DNA of 64,000 nucleotides from Eledone cirrhosa (GCA_964016885.1 OZ024755.1:42842001-42906000), one strand, 5' to 3'. Counted from the first letter of the stretch, positions 36,875-50,438 are shown. Numbers and translations: made by a program. The notes: generated by a model from the sequence alone, not told the origin.

Positions 36875-38520
36875 TTTCGTTTCTGAATTTGTTTAGCAAG
36901 ATTCTTTATCTGAAAACGTGTGTTGAAACCGATATTGTTATACTTTGGGAGGGTCATGTTGCCAGTAAGAAACACACGCACCAGCTGCTTTCACTTCAAT
37001 TTATTATAAATTAAATTTATAAATTTCCGGTTGGTTGGTTGGTTCCACAACCAGACGATTGTTCATATATTGTCAAAGTTCTTTCGTCACACATTCTGTG
37101 ACCTCTTCAGTGACTGGGGATTATTTTCTTTGTTTTTGTGACTCTCCTTTATTGTGTCCTACGCCATCTTGTTTTTGTGTGTTGTGTGCTTAGTTTGCGC
37201 ATGTGTTACATCCGGGTGTCTGTATGTGTTTATATTTGTTTATTTATTTGTTTATTTACATGTTACTGGTTGGTTGTTTGTTCTATGTGTGTGTGTTTTT
37301 TCATTTTGTCCTTAATTGTAAGTTGTGATGTTGCTATTCCATTCATCCTTTCTATTTAATTTTGGTTGGAGTTCATTTATGTTTATTGCCTCTGTGATTT
37401 GTCTAAACATTGCGTCTTTTCTGTGTGTAGATTCTATTTTTATTTCTATGTTCTTTAATTTACCCTTATGTACTATTTTAGCATGTTGGTAGAGTACAGA
37501 TGATTCTTTATTATCTTAAAGCTCTCGCCAGTGTTCATTTATCCGTTCCCCTACGCTACGAGCTGTCTCACCTATGTACACTATATTCTTATCTCTACAT
37601 TGTCCTTCAGTACATCTTATGCTATATACTACATTTCTAGTTTTACAGTTAATATGGGGGCTTAGTTTACAGATTATACATTTCTTATCTATACAGGGAG
37701 GTCTTTGAAAAGGGTATGTATTGCTAATAAGTGTTTTTATCAAGGTACCTCTCGATATCTTAATATTGAGTTTATGTTTATCTAGGGCCCTTCTGAATTT
37801 GTAAGCTAATTCACCTCTAGGGGTTGTATCGATGAACATTACACTCTGGTATTTATTGCTATCATACCATAAGTTTATTCTATTAACCTTATTCCTAGTT
37901 CTTTCTATTCTATTCCAAAATTTGCTCCTATACAAGGGGTAGGTCCCATTTGTATCATTATTTACCATTTTTTCCCATTTGGTTCTGGCTCCTCTATATA
38001 CTCTGATCTTATCTCTCTGATTGTAACCAGAGAACTGCATACGGTGGATGAAGTGTTGTATGTGTCTCTCTAGTTCTTTGGGGTTGTACATGCGGGACAC
38101 GTTCCTCATCACCCGTACCAAATCCGCAATCAGTATGTTGATTTTGGTATGGTCCGAAACAGCTGAGTTTCGGTGGATCAGATATTTGGAAGTCATGGGT
38201 TTGGCATAATGGGAATGGAGGATCTGTTTTTTGTTATTGATAGTATCTAACCAGAGCTCTGTGTCTAGTACAGGTAATCGATTGTTGGGGTGTTTGCCCT
38301 GGGTAGTCTATAGTAACTCTAATACTCTGGTGGATGGAGTTAGCTATTTGCTGGACCTTTCCATGGTGTTTTTCTCTAATTCCTGACTGTTCTCTAGTGG
38401 GGGTGTTTTTACTACAATGTTTATATCATCAACATAGCGGGAGTACATTATCAGGGTTAAGAGGTTGCTGTCTTCTAATTGTTCTTTAAGTTTAAGTTTA
38501 AGTCTATTGTCCCACCAAAC
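36875..38520 (-). mobile_element. 5'-truncated Penelope-like element (Naiad-like): RT end, thumb, GIY-YIG, pseudo-LTR
   Basis: VWWD...YSRYVDDI; CxxxxCxxC linker; VVYSIRC...YIGETARSVGERINEH; frame continues past the TAA at 37516 to RQITEAINI...LNRKDEWN; HHR at 37072-37114. Confidence 0.88.
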
Positions 38521-39950
38521 TACTATGCTTCTATCTCGGAGCCCCTCCTGAAGGACGCAATTACCTTTGCCAGGAATTTTACCACCATTACCGATGCTGA
38601 GCAAGTTGTTATCCTCCACACCCGTAAGACCTTTCTATACCACGATGGATCTTACTGGATCAACAAGAAGTCTCAGACCCCATTTGACGTCAGCATGGGA
38701 GTGAGTGACTTGGCTGAAATTAGCGACCTTGTGGGCCTATACATTTTACATCACCCGAAGAACCTCTTTACTGGCCTAACCGGAGGTTTATACCGAGACG
38801 ACGGCCTCTTCGCCCTGCACAAGGTTAACCCCAGAACCACCGATGGGTTTCGAAGAAACTTAAGCTCGTTCTTCTGTAATCTAGGATTTAGTATAACTAT
38901 AGAATCTAATATGACTAGGGCCAACTTCTTAGATGTCACTCTCGACCTAGATACTTGCCTCTATTACCCGTACCACAAACCTAACGAGTCCCTTAGATAT
39001 ATTAATGTTAATTCTAACCAGCCCCAAAACATCACTGATAACTTAGTAAATAGCATATCTATTAGAATCTCTGGCCTCTCTGCCAATGAAGATATTTTTA
39101 ACGCCTCTGCCTCCTACTACAATGACGCCAGAGGAGGAATAGGCATAGGCAGATTAGCTGGTACAACCCTCCATTCAATAGAGAGGTCTCTACATCTATA
39201 GCTAGGATTTTCTTCACTTTGCTGAACACACACTTCCCCATACAACATAGGTACTACACCATCTTTAATAAGAACACAATAAGACTCTCCTACTCCACCA
39301 CACCTAACCTAGCTAGGAATATAGCCAATCACAATTCTAAAAAATTAAATAAGCCAACCACCTCCGAACTGGGGCCTTGTGTAATTGCCTAAATAAGGAA
39401 GCCTGCCCACTTGAAAACAAATGCCTGACAAATGATATCGTATACAAATGCGATGTCATCTCAGGCACCGATGATTGCAACACAAAAAGACTTACATCGG
39501 CATGACTTCCAATAACTTTAAGACCCGTTGGTATGCCCATACCCACTCCTTCAGAATACCGGACAAATCAAACCAGACAACACTCGCCTCCTATGTTTGG
39601 GACCTCAAAAGGAACTCCACCCCCTTCACGCTTAAATGGAAAATACTCCAGAAAGCGCGCTCTTACAACGGAGGACACAAGGGCTGCGACCTTTGTATCT
39701 CAGAGAGCTACGATATTTTATTTGCCAAGGGCCCGCTGCTGAACAAACTCTCTGAACACTGCCCGAACTGCATGCACAAAAACTTTGCAACTTTCAAATA
39801 CCTTAAGCCAGTTGTTAATGCCCGATGGCTAAAAACGACTTCCCCCTTTTAGCCCCTCTACCTCCTTCCCGTCCCACCCCTACTCAATCTGAAACACGGC
39901 CACTATGGTTATGTGAGTACCTCTTACCTATCTGCATTTTCTGCTTGTAG
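38517..39950 (+). mobile_element. 5'-truncated Penelope-like element (YRDD, Hydra-like clade)
   Basis: FDVSMG...LVGLYIL, GLYRDDGL, NFLDVTLDL, PYHKPN; CNCLNKEACPL; TYIGMTSNNFKTRWYAH; CDLCISE; LLNKLSE...CMH. Confidence 0.88.
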
Positions 39951-40105
39951 AGCTGTTTTTATGTGCCTGTGTATATGCGTATATTTATGAGTACTTATTT
40001 GTATGTATTTGTATGAGTGGCCGTTCGTTTGTATGCATATCGCTGTGTGTAGGTGCGTTCACATGTCATCTATGTGTGTACATTTATATGTATGTATATT
40101 GTGTA

Positions 40106-40137
<32 letters not shown>

Positions 40138-40255
40138 GATATGTATGTATATGTGTATATATATGTATATATATGTATGTGTATGTGTGTAAAAATATAT
40201 ATATTTAATATATATATATGTATGTATATATATATATGTACATGTATGTATGTGA

Positions 40256-40370
40256 AGGCGTGTGGCTGAGTGGTTAGAGAATTGGATTCGCAATCGTAAG
40301 GTTGTGAATTCGATTCTTGGACCAGGCGATGCGTTATGTCCTTGAGCAAGACACTTTATTTCACGTTGCT
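40256..40370 (+). mobile_element. SINE head fragment (tRNA-like plus CORE start)
   Basis: TGGCTGAGTGG, GAATTCGATTC, GTCCTTGAGCAAGACACTTTATTTCAC. Confidence 0.7.
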
Positions 40371-40509
40371 CTTTCTACCTGGAGTTGCGACCGATAGATA
40401 GTATTAGCAATTGGAAAGACCAACGGAAACATTGTTCCCTCGGTCCGATTTGACGAAAGTCGATCGTTTCAAAAATGTATGTATATGTATATGTGTGTAT
40501 ATGTATATA

Positions 40510-40568
<59 letters not shown>

Positions 40569-40683
40569 GTATATGTATGTATGTATGTGTATATGTGTAT
40601 GTATGTATGTGTATATGTGTGTGTATGTGTGTGTATATATATGTGTATATATATATATATATACATATGTATATATATATATG

Positions 40684-42826
40684 TGATGGTGTACTTGCCA
40701 TCACTGACGCTGATAAGAAGGTAGCTTGGAAGTGTCACTACGAAAGGCTACTAAATGAGGAGATTAATTGGGAGAAAGACAGTCTCCCCCACATCGACCC
40801 AATAGAGGGACCAGCAGTGCAAGTTGAAGGTAGTATAATAAGTAAGGCGATCAAAGACATGAAGACGGGCAAGGCGGCCGGGCCTTCGGAAATAGTTGCC
40901 AAAATGCTGAAAGCATCTGGAACGGTGGGACACACTATGGTCACCCGGATAGTAAACTAAGTCATACAGAATGGGGTCGTTCCGAAGGACTTGCGCAGCA
41001 GCATCATCATTAACTGCTACAAGGGTAAAGGTGGTGCCCTAGATAGGGGAAACTATAGAGGCATTAAATTAATTGACAAGGTCACAGAAAAAGTAATAGC
41101 GCAACTAATCAGAGAGCGAATTGATCTAAACGAAATGCAGTTCGGGTTTGTGTCAGGTAAAAGTACAACAGACGCTCTTTTCATTGTACGACAACTACAG
41201 GAGAAGTACCTAGCTAAAAGTAAACCCCTATACTTAGCTTTTGTTGACTTGGAGAAAGCCTTTGACAGAGTACCCCGCTCGATTATCTGGTGGGCCCTTA
41301 GAAAACTAGGTGTTGATGAATGGCTTGTGAGAGCTATACAAGCCATGTATAAAGAAACAGCCAGCAAGGTTAGAATTAACAACGAATATAGTGAAGAGTT
41401 TAGCGTAAAAGTTGGTGTTCATCAGGGCTCCGTCTTTAGCCCCCTACTATTTATTATTGCCCTTCAGGCTATAACAGAGGAGTTCAAGACCGGCTGCCCA
41501 TATGCAGATGATCTAACGCTCATAGCTGAATCAATGGCTGAACTAGAGAAGAAATTCCAAACATGGAAGCATGGCCTAGAATCAAAAGGCCTTAAAGTTA
41601 ACTTGTCTAAGACTAAAGTTCTAGTTTGTAGGAAGGAAAATAGGGCACCGGTCCCATCTGGGAAATGGCCATGCTCAGTGTGTAGGAAAGGAGTAGGTAG
41701 AAACTCTATTTTATGTCCCAAATGCAAAGTATGGGTACATAAAAGATGTAGTGGGATCACAGGTAAACTATCTAAGAATATAGATTTTATATGTGGCCAG
41801 TGCTCTGGTGCAATAAGTAGCAGCAAGTGACCACAGAATACTAACTCGTTCCATTGCACAGATGGTTCTATAGAAATAGTGGACAGCTTCCGTTACCTGG
41901 GTGATAAAATCAGCAGTGGTGGAGAGTGCTCTGAAAGTACAGTAGCTAGGGTCAGAACGGGATGGAAAAAGTTCAGAGAGCTTATACCACTATTGGCCGC
42001 TAAAGGGTTCTCTCTAAAAATGAAGGGCAGGTTGTATGATGCCTGCATACGAACAGCAATGTTACATGGCAGTGAGACCTGGGCATTGTGTGCAGAGGAT
42101 ATACGCAGACTGGAGAGAAACGAAGCTTGCATGCTCCGCTGGATGTGTAATAGTAACATACGTGAACGGCAAAGCATAAACGTACTAAGGGAGAAATTAG
42201 AAATAAGAGGGATCAGATGTTGTTTACTCGAGAGAAGACTACGTTGGTATGGTCATGTGATGCGCATGAAAGACGACAGCTGTATAAAAAAATGCAGGGC
42301 AATAAAATTAGACGGTAGCCACGGAGTCTAAAAACCTGGGACGACTTGATAAATTCCAACCTCACACACTTACACCTCTCCTAGGCAATGTCACTGGACC
42401 GAGAGCTTTGGAGCTACACAAGACCCACCTTACCTAAGTACAAAGTGAAACCTACTACAGTCAGTAGGCACCTCTAACAAAATACACCCCCGTCCCACTA
42501 CCCCCACCCCATCCACACCGACCCCTTCAATGTAAAGTTATGTTGGTGTCACAACATCCAGCCCGAAACAAATGAGGTCGTGTAGGTATCACGACAAAAA
42601 AACACACAGTCCACGCTGTAATGTGGCCGTGTAGGTAACACAGTAAAAACCTCCCAGTCAACACTGTAAACGTGGTTGGTGTTAGGAAGGGCATCCAGCC
42701 GTAGAAAACCCGCCAGACAGTCCTATGCGAGCAAGACAACCACTCTTGCCTCAAGAGGGAAAACCCCCGTCCAAACCCATGGAAGCGTGGAATATGGACG
42801 TTAAACAATGATGATGATGATGATGA
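40684..42826 (+). mobile_element. RTE LINE, 5'-truncated, with a few stops and deletions
   Basis: ORFs 40991-41830 and 41879-42331 match 51028-52689; 3' UTR and (GAT)n tail; flanked by (TA)n. Confidence 0.93.
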
Positions 42827-42886
42827 TATATATATATATGTATATGTGTGTATATGTATATATATATATGTGTATATATATATATG

Positions 42887-42926
<40 letters not shown>

Positions 42927-42968
42927 AGTATATATATGTATATATATATATATATATGTATATATATG

Positions 42969-43098
<130 letters not shown>

Positions 43099-43105
43099 GT
43101 ATATG

Positions 43106-43162
<57 letters not shown>

Positions 43163-43166
43163 GTAT

Positions 43167-43480
43167 ATCATCATCATCATCATCACCGTTTTACGTCCGT
43201 TCTTCCACGCTAGCATGGGTTAGACGGGTTGTCCTGTTGTGGGCAGTGTCTGGTCGGCTGACCATGCCTTGCTCATACAGGAACTGATCTGGCTTGATTT
43301 CTACAGCTGGATGCCCTTCCTAACACCAACCTCATTTACAGTGAGTGCTGGGTGCTTTTTCGTGGCGCCTACACGTCCACTTTACAGTGTGGGCTGGGTG
43401 CTTTTTTGCCGTGGCACCTCCACGACCACCTTGCGGTGGGGGGGGGGGGGGGCATATTGTTTATATGCTTCAGCATGTAC
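43167..43480 (-). mobile_element. SINE/RTE-type 3' fragment
   Basis: (CAT)n, CCACGCTAGCATGGG and GATGCCCTTCCTAACACCAACC shared with SINE bodies. Confidence 0.7.
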
Positions 43481-43572
43481 CCATGGGAGGTCGGGTACCC
43501 TATATATATATATATATACGTGGGAAAGTAAGAAATCGGAGAATAGACTGTTAAAACATGTTTATTTAAAAC

Positions 43573-43615
43573 AGCACCTACGTACGTTTCGCCCAGTTGG
43601 GCTTCTCAAAGGCAT
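43573..43615 (-). ncRNA. Hammerhead motif with U3-A8 core
   Basis: UUGAGAA-GCCCAACUGGGC-GAAA-CGUACG-UA; stem I imperfect. Confidence 0.5.
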
Positions 43616-43863
43616 AAATAATCAAAAGTGTTCCTTACATTGCTCGGAAAGAGTTTTTGAAGTTAAATCCACGTCAAGGTTCATTGCTCGCAAAAATAGC
43701 TTGTTTTGATTTTGCAGCAGGTCAAGGGAGGTAACTCTGGTCGGTGTTAGGGCAGTCTTTCCCGGACAAATTTTTTTTTTTTGGCATACTCTACTTGGTA
43801 AATAACTATATGTATCACCTATCCTCCCCTTTTTTTTCTCTCTCTCTCGATACGTAAATACTG

Positions 43864-43895
<32 letters not shown>

Positions 43896-43897
43896 AA

Positions 43898-44240
43898 TAT
43901 ATAATATATAAGAACAAAAGATGGTTAAAAGAGTTCCATGTATTTTATTATGCGCATCTCAAAAACAAATACCATCATGCAATAATATTTGTGTTTTCAT
44001 CAGATAAAACAGGAAGACATGATATGAAGGTTAAAAAACACTTGTGGATAGTGCAGTTTTAAATCAACAGTTGATTTAAAACTGCACTATCCACAAGTGT
44101 TTTTTAACCTTCATATCATGTCTTCCTGTTTTATCTGATGAAAACACAAATATTATTGCATGATGATATTTGTTTTTGAAATGCGTATAATAAAATACAT
44201 GGAACTCTTTTAACCATCTTTTGTTCTTATATATTATATA
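43898..44240. repeat. Fold-back repeat (171-bp arms, 1-nt centre at 44069) carrying HHR motifs
   Basis: Near-perfect mirror; + strand HHR at 44128-44196: GUUUUAU-CUGAUGA-stem II-GAAA-UGCGUA-UA-AUAAAAU. Confidence 0.93.
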
Positions 44241-44486
44241 TACTCCAGTCCTACAAACTGTAGAGTGCTTCTTATCCGATATCTGCATTGCTTTATTGTA
44301 CTACAATAAAACTCACCTCCTACATATATAAATATATATGTATTTATGTATATATATATATATATATATGTATATGTGTGTATATGTGTGTGTATGTGTG
44401 TATATATATATATATATGTATATGTGTGTATATGTGTGTGTATATATATATATATATATATGTATATATGTGTATATGTGTGTGTA

Positions 44487-44531
<45 letters not shown>

Positions 44532-44619
44532 CGAAGATGTGGTAAGGAACCAGATGGACCATAACGCACCAAAGTACTCAATACTTAGGGTAGTAGAGTG
44601 GGTAATAGGAACAAGTATG

Positions 44620-44715
44620 ACCCCGACGGCAGAGTTCAAGCCGTTTCAACGGCTAATTCTGGAGTAAATAAGAATTTTTAGCCTGATAAATAAATAGCCG
44701 AACTTATCAGGGGGT
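44620..44715 (-). ncRNA. Hammerhead motif with a full stem III and GUC triplet, core CUGAUAA
   Basis: ACCCC-CUGAUAA-GUUCGGCUA...UAGCCGUU-GAAA-CGGC(9 nt)GCCG-UC-GGGGU; partial copies near 35053, 50091 and 55158. Confidence 0.65.
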
Positions 44716-45074
44716 AATTCCATATATGGGAAGATAGTAATTGTCACAAGGATTGGTCAAAAGTTTGTTGTTAAGACAAATGATTCTATCATGGCATTTA
44801 GTGGAAGGTAGGGGTAGCTAAACTTGCAGGTAGAACAAAGAGGGAGTGGGGGAAACCCAGTCAAGCGTTGAAAGTGAAATCTATACAGCAGTTTCTAAGG
44901 ATAGTGTATAGAAGGTTGAAAAAAGTGTACTGGAGAAGAGGAGAAGTGGGTGTTGAAAAAATAGGTAAATCGAAAGGGAGTAAACAAAAAAGCCATTATA
45001 AAAATGAGGAAATAAATATATAAAAAATATAAAAAACAATTTCTGGTTACTACTCCCCTTTCACAATCACCAAA

Positions 45075-46012
45075 TCTCTCTATGCTGACGATCTGGTTCT
45101 TATAGCAGAATCAGTAGAGGAGCTAGAGAATAAATTCTGGCTATGGAAACAGCAGTTGGCAGCAAGAGGACTGAGAGTGAACCTAGCTAAGACAATAGTG
45201 TTGATGAGTAGAAAAGAGGACAAAACTCTGAAATGGCCATGTTCGATATGCAGAAAGGAACTGGCATAAATTCTATAAAATGCACACAATGCAGATCCTG
45301 GGTACACAAGAGATGAAGCAGGATAGCAGGCAAGCTAACAGGTAGGGAGAAATATGTATGCAGTAGATGTACAGGGAAATTAGACAGTAGAAGTGGTGGA
45401 TAGCTTCTGGTGCCTAGGAGATCAGATTAGCATGGGAGAAGGGTGTTCCGAGGCCATAGTATCTAGAATGAGGACGGGTTGGAAGAAGTTTAGGGAGCTG
45501 CTTCCTCTGTTGACGAAGAAGGGTTTCTCCCTGAGTACGGAAGGCCGGTTGTATGATGCCTGTGTGAGGAGCGCGATGCTGCATGGTAGTGAGACATGGG
45601 CAGTAACTGCAGAGGACATGCGACGGCTGGAGAGAAATGAGGCAAGCATGCTCCGTTGGATGTGCAGTGTAAATGTGTGTGAACGACCCAGCTTAAATAT
45701 GTTGAGAGAGAAACTGTGTCTGAGAGGGATAGAATGTAGTGTACAGGAGAGGAGACTGAGGTGGTTTGGACATGTGATGCGCATGGAGGATGACCGATGG
45801 GTGAAGAAGTGCCAGGAATTGCCAGTTGAAGGAAGACGTGGTAGAGGTAGACCACGAAAAACATGGGCGGAGGTGGTGAGAACAGACCTCAGATCATTGA
45901 AGCTCACGGGGGAGATGACGAAGGACCGTGACGAGTGGAGAGATGCTGTGCTGAATAAGACCCTTCCCACCCTTGCAAGCAGGGAAAAGCGGACGTAAAA
46001 TGATGATGATGA
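45075..46012 (+). mobile_element. RTE LINE 3' part, second subfamily with a very short 3' UTR
   Basis: LYADDL, HGSETWAVTAEDMRRLERNE, GRPRKTW; tail CCCTTGCAAGCAGGGAAAAGCGGACGTAAAA(TGA)n. Confidence 0.9.
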
Positions 46013-46020
46013 TATATATA

Positions 46021-46152
46021 TATATTGTTATGCTTTGGGAGGGTCATGTTGCCAACATTATTGGCAACATGACCCTCCCAAAGTATAACAATATCGGTTT
46101 CAACACACCTTTTCAGATACAGAATCTTGCTAAACAAATTCAGAAATGAAAT
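46021..46152. mobile_element. Extreme end of the Naiad-like pseudo-LTR with a small fold-back
   Basis: TATTGTTATGCTTTGGGAGGGTCATGTTGCCAA / TTGGCAACATGACCCTCCCAAAGTATAACAATA; continues as the reverse complement of 36875-36930. Confidence 0.75.
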
Positions 46153-46239
46153 ATATATATATATATATATAATATAAGTTAAAACAATGAAATAAAAAAT
46201 CAAATCATTCACTGCTTTATGATCGTTTCTAGATGGTGA

Positions 46240-46428
46240 TAATTGTTTCTACTTTTTGGCACAAGGCCAGCAATTATCCCAGTACATTACTGGTACTTTA
46301 TTTTATCGACCCCCGTAAGGATGAAAGGCAAAGTTAACCTCGGCAGGATTTGAACTCAGATCGTAAAGGGACGTAACTATGTTGGAAAGCATAATCCAAC
46401 CCTCTACCGATACTGCCAATTCACCGCC
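46240..46428 (-). mobile_element. Deu/Nin-type SINE (other pieces at 31117-31198, 48310-48455, 49200-49298)
   Basis: CTGGTACTTTATTTTATCGACCCC...GGATGAAAGGC...GGATTTGAACTC. Confidence 0.72.
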
Positions 46429-46556
46429 CTTTCTAGATGGTGATAATGCATTGTATCTCTACTCAGTTATTGATCTATGTAAGTTTACAAACATATGGAT
46501 TACATTGAGTTCTTCATGCAGAATAGACCCCACAACTTACAGTGGATACCTCTGTG

Positions 46557-46612
<56 letters not shown>

Positions 46613-47284
46613 GACACCTGGAATATAGCTTAAGAGAAATTTGAAGATAATGGTATGATAGGCACTCAATATTTTGAACTGGTTTATAGAATTCTCTTGG
46701 CCTTTGTCACTCTAAGTAGAACTTTAAAGAATTAGCTTTTAAAGAATTTCCCTTTTCTTTAAACCCATCAACCATGACCGACCCCCAACGATCTTATAGA
46801 CACCTGAAATATAGGCATTAAGAGAAACTTAAAAATTAGAAGTTTAGGGAGCTGCTTCCTCTGTTGACGAAGAAGGGTTTCTCCCTGCGTACAAAAGGCC
46901 GGTTGTATGATGCCTGGGTGAGGAGCGCGATGCTGCATGGTAGTGAGACATGGGCAGTAACTGCAGAGGACATGCGACGGCTGGAGAGAAATGAGGCAAG
47001 CATGCTCTGTTGGATGTTAGCTTAAGAGAAACTTAAAAATAAGGAGTGGCACCCCATTCTGAACTTGTTTATAGAATTCTTTCTGCCTTTGTCACTCTAA
47101 ATATAAATTATAGCTTTAAAGAATTAGCTTTTAATGAATTCCCTTTTCTATCAACCAATGACCTCCACCCATCCCACTCCCCACCCTCTCCTACCACCTG
47201 AAAAGAGCTATTTATATGAAGTGTTTCTGTAGGAAAGGTAAAGAAAAAGAGAGTGTCTATGTAGGCTACAGAGCTTTTTAGTTA

Positions 47285-47321
<37 letters not shown>

Positions 47322-48072
47322 CATAACTAAGCTCTGTTACCTACATAGAGCACTCTTTTTTCCTGGACTTTTCCGACGGAATTACTTCATTTATATATAT
47401 ATATAGTAGAATAATCGAGTATCGGAAAAACAGCTCACGAATTAACGATAAACAATATCCGATATGTGTGGCAGAGTGCTCACTAATTTGGATAAATCAG
47501 AGCTATAACCATCGTTAAATTACCAACACATAGAGATTATGCCTAAAATCACCCGTACAGCCGAAAAAGAACGACCAGGAAGATTCGGGTCACTCAAATA
47601 AAATATCAATAAATCAATAATTTAAATGAATGTAAAAAACTTAGCCGGACCCGCTAGAAGGGTGTTAAATCTAGCTTCTTGGGTTTCTGCAATTCCTTAA
47701 TCCATTCACTATCAGCCCACATAAAAAATATATATAAGACTTCTAGAGAAGGACCGGACGGGAAGAGCTTTCTCAACGGGTTCTGTCTGATAATAAAGAA
47801 GAGACTCTTAGCCAGAAAGCACATGGTGCTCAGCAAGGGAGATAACCTCTATATTAGCGAAAAATTTTCGGTAATGTGCAAATTATGTAAAAATACAAAA
47901 TATCACATATCGAATCAGAGTGCTCAATAGACGTGTTAAAATAAACAGGAGCTATTCATCAGTCAATAAGATATATATATATATATATAGTTATAACTAA
48001 AAAGCTAGACCACTCTCTTTTCCTTTACCTTTCCTACAGAAACACTTCATATAAATATATATTTATTTATAA

Positions 48073-49084
48073 TCTATATATATACAACTGAGGATGTCTA
48101 TCTGTGTGTGTAAGTTTGAATCCCTAAAACTCGAGAACCACCAAACCGACTGTTTTCAAACTTTACACATGTAATACTTATGTTTCAGGGAGTGTTCTGA
48201 GCAAAACAAATTTCAAATTTTCAATGCCCTAGGGACTGCATTAGGTGATTTAGCGATCTCTCTCTATAATTCTTAGTCTTTCTCTTTTTAGATAGATACA
48301 TACATATAACTGTTTCTACTTTAGGCACAAGGCCAGCAATTACCCAGTGCGTTACTGGTACTTTATTTTATCGACCCCGTAAGGATGAAAGGCAAAGTCA
48401 ACCTCGGCGGGATTTGAACTCACATCGTAAAGGGACGTAACTATGCTGGAAAGCAATATCTATCTGTATGTCTGACTGTCTGCATTACGTCACTTCCTTG
48501 AGGATGTCTGTGTGTATGTGTGTGTCTGTGAGTTTGAATCCCTAAAACTCAAGAAGTACCCAACAGATTTACATGTGTATTACTTATGTTTCAGGGAGTG
48601 TTATGCACATAACATAAATTCAACTTTTTTTTATCGCATTAGGTGAAAAACTGCGTTTTTAAAGATTTTTAGGGGTTTTTTGAGGCGTTACTTCAGACCG
48701 ATTTCCTTGAAATTGTAACTATGTATTAGTCAGTCTCTTCTTCATACCGTAAGCAAAGAAAATCCAACTTTCTTATGGCCTAGGGCCCGCATTAGGTGAA
48801 AAACTTCATTTTTTCAGCTTCTTAGCGCTTTTTTAGCCGATTTTCCCGAAATTTAAAGACAGATTATGCACAAAAAAAAAATTCATTTTCTTGATCCCCT
48901 TGGGCACGCATTAGGTGAAAACCTGCTTCATCGAGAAAAATCTTAAAGATTATCCAGCAATCAGAGTATTCGGTTTATTTTCTTTACATATTGTCCAGGC
49001 ATGCAGTTTTTCCACGATTAGGTCTGTTGGCGGCACGCATTCCAAAATACCTTATCCCGTGCAACGTCGGGTACCACTGATAGT
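48073..49084 (+). mobile_element. Non-autonomous Helitron with an inserted SINE
   Basis: Starts A/TCTATATATA; 3' hairpin CCCGTGCAACGTCGGG about 10 nt before ATAG/T (degraded CTAG); internal GCATTAGGTGAAAA repeats. Confidence 0.7.
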
Positions 49085-49329
49085 ACATTATAAAGAAAGA
49101 AGAAATATTAGACATAAATAAATACCTATTTTTTCCTTCAAATTCCCTACTGTACATATGCATGTATATGTATGTATACAAATATATCTGTGTACCTCTT
49201 TTAACTTTGCCTTTCATCCTTACGGGGTCAATAAAAAAAAGTACCAGTAATACACTAGTATATTTGCTGGCCTTGTGCCAAATGTAGAAACAATTATTAT
49301 ATTTATTTATATATAGATACAATTATATA

Positions 49330-49520
49330 TAGTATAACTTAACAAAAAAGAAAAACGAACACAGATATATACATATATGTGTTCAACTCGTAATGGACCA
49401 GAATCGCTGTAGTTAGTATTTTTTTCACCTTAGCGATTCTGGTCCATTACGATTTGAACACATATATGTCTGTGTCTGTGTTCGTTTTATTTTTTTGTTT
49501 TTTTTGTTCAGTTATACTAT
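49330..49520. repeat. Imperfect fold-back repeat
   Basis: CATATATGTGTTCAACTCGTAATGGACCAGAATCGCT / AGCGATTCTGGTCCATTACGATTTGAACACATATATG. Confidence 0.85.
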
Positions 49521-50236
49521 ACGGCTCGGAAAGACCTCTTTCCTAGAGCTAATTTTATTTTAAGAGATTATTTTGAGTTTCTAACTCAATACATGCCTTT
49601 GATATACAATTATATATATATATATACCCACCCACGCAACCTTTTATAAAGAATATTTGTTAAACTCTACCTGAAATGTCCGTAAGAAGAGGAGCTGTTC
49701 CTATAATGAAACAGATAACTGATGTGTTTATAGTAGGTAACGTTTTTATTTACATCACTTTAATTATTGCCAACGATGTTGCAATACTTTGACAAGGGAG
49801 GTAAGTCTTAGCTTCAACTTCTCTCTCAGCAGTATTTGGGGGGCGATACCTTAGAATTGGGCCCACACTTGCATATTAACTTACTGTCTCTTATCAAGTA
49901 TAATTCAGAAAGGATTTCCTTACAGAATTTAGTTTATAATCGATTCGTTTATACATACATACGCGCGCCTCTCACTCTGTATATATATATATATATATAA
50001 TCAAGGTTTAGCAAATAAGCGCTTTGTGCGTGTAGGGATATATACTTTATTATTATATATATATATATATATATATATAGGAAAAATTATGACCCCGACG
50101 GCAGAGCTCAAGCCGTTTCGACAGCTATTTCTGGACCCTAAGTATTGAGTACTCTGGTGCCTTACCACAATTACTTTGTTATATATATATATATACAGAG
50201 GTTATATTTAATTTGTTGGGATTCAACAAGCTTAAC

Positions 50237-50281
<45 letters not shown>

Positions 50282-50438
50282 GTGGTAGAGCACTGGAAGG
50301 TAATATCCGTAATGGTAGAGACTCAGTCCATGGGACGAGTTAGGTAGCAGTGGTTACACAACAGTTAGTTCACCATACCGAGAACAATTGTTTCACCTTA
50401 GCGGTTGTCCTTCCTGTTCCTTATAACCTTGTCCATTA

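Noticed and set aside
37516-37518. Selenocysteine recoding in the Naiad-like ORF
   Set aside because: The in-frame stop is TAA, not TGA, so it is most simply a nonsense mutation.
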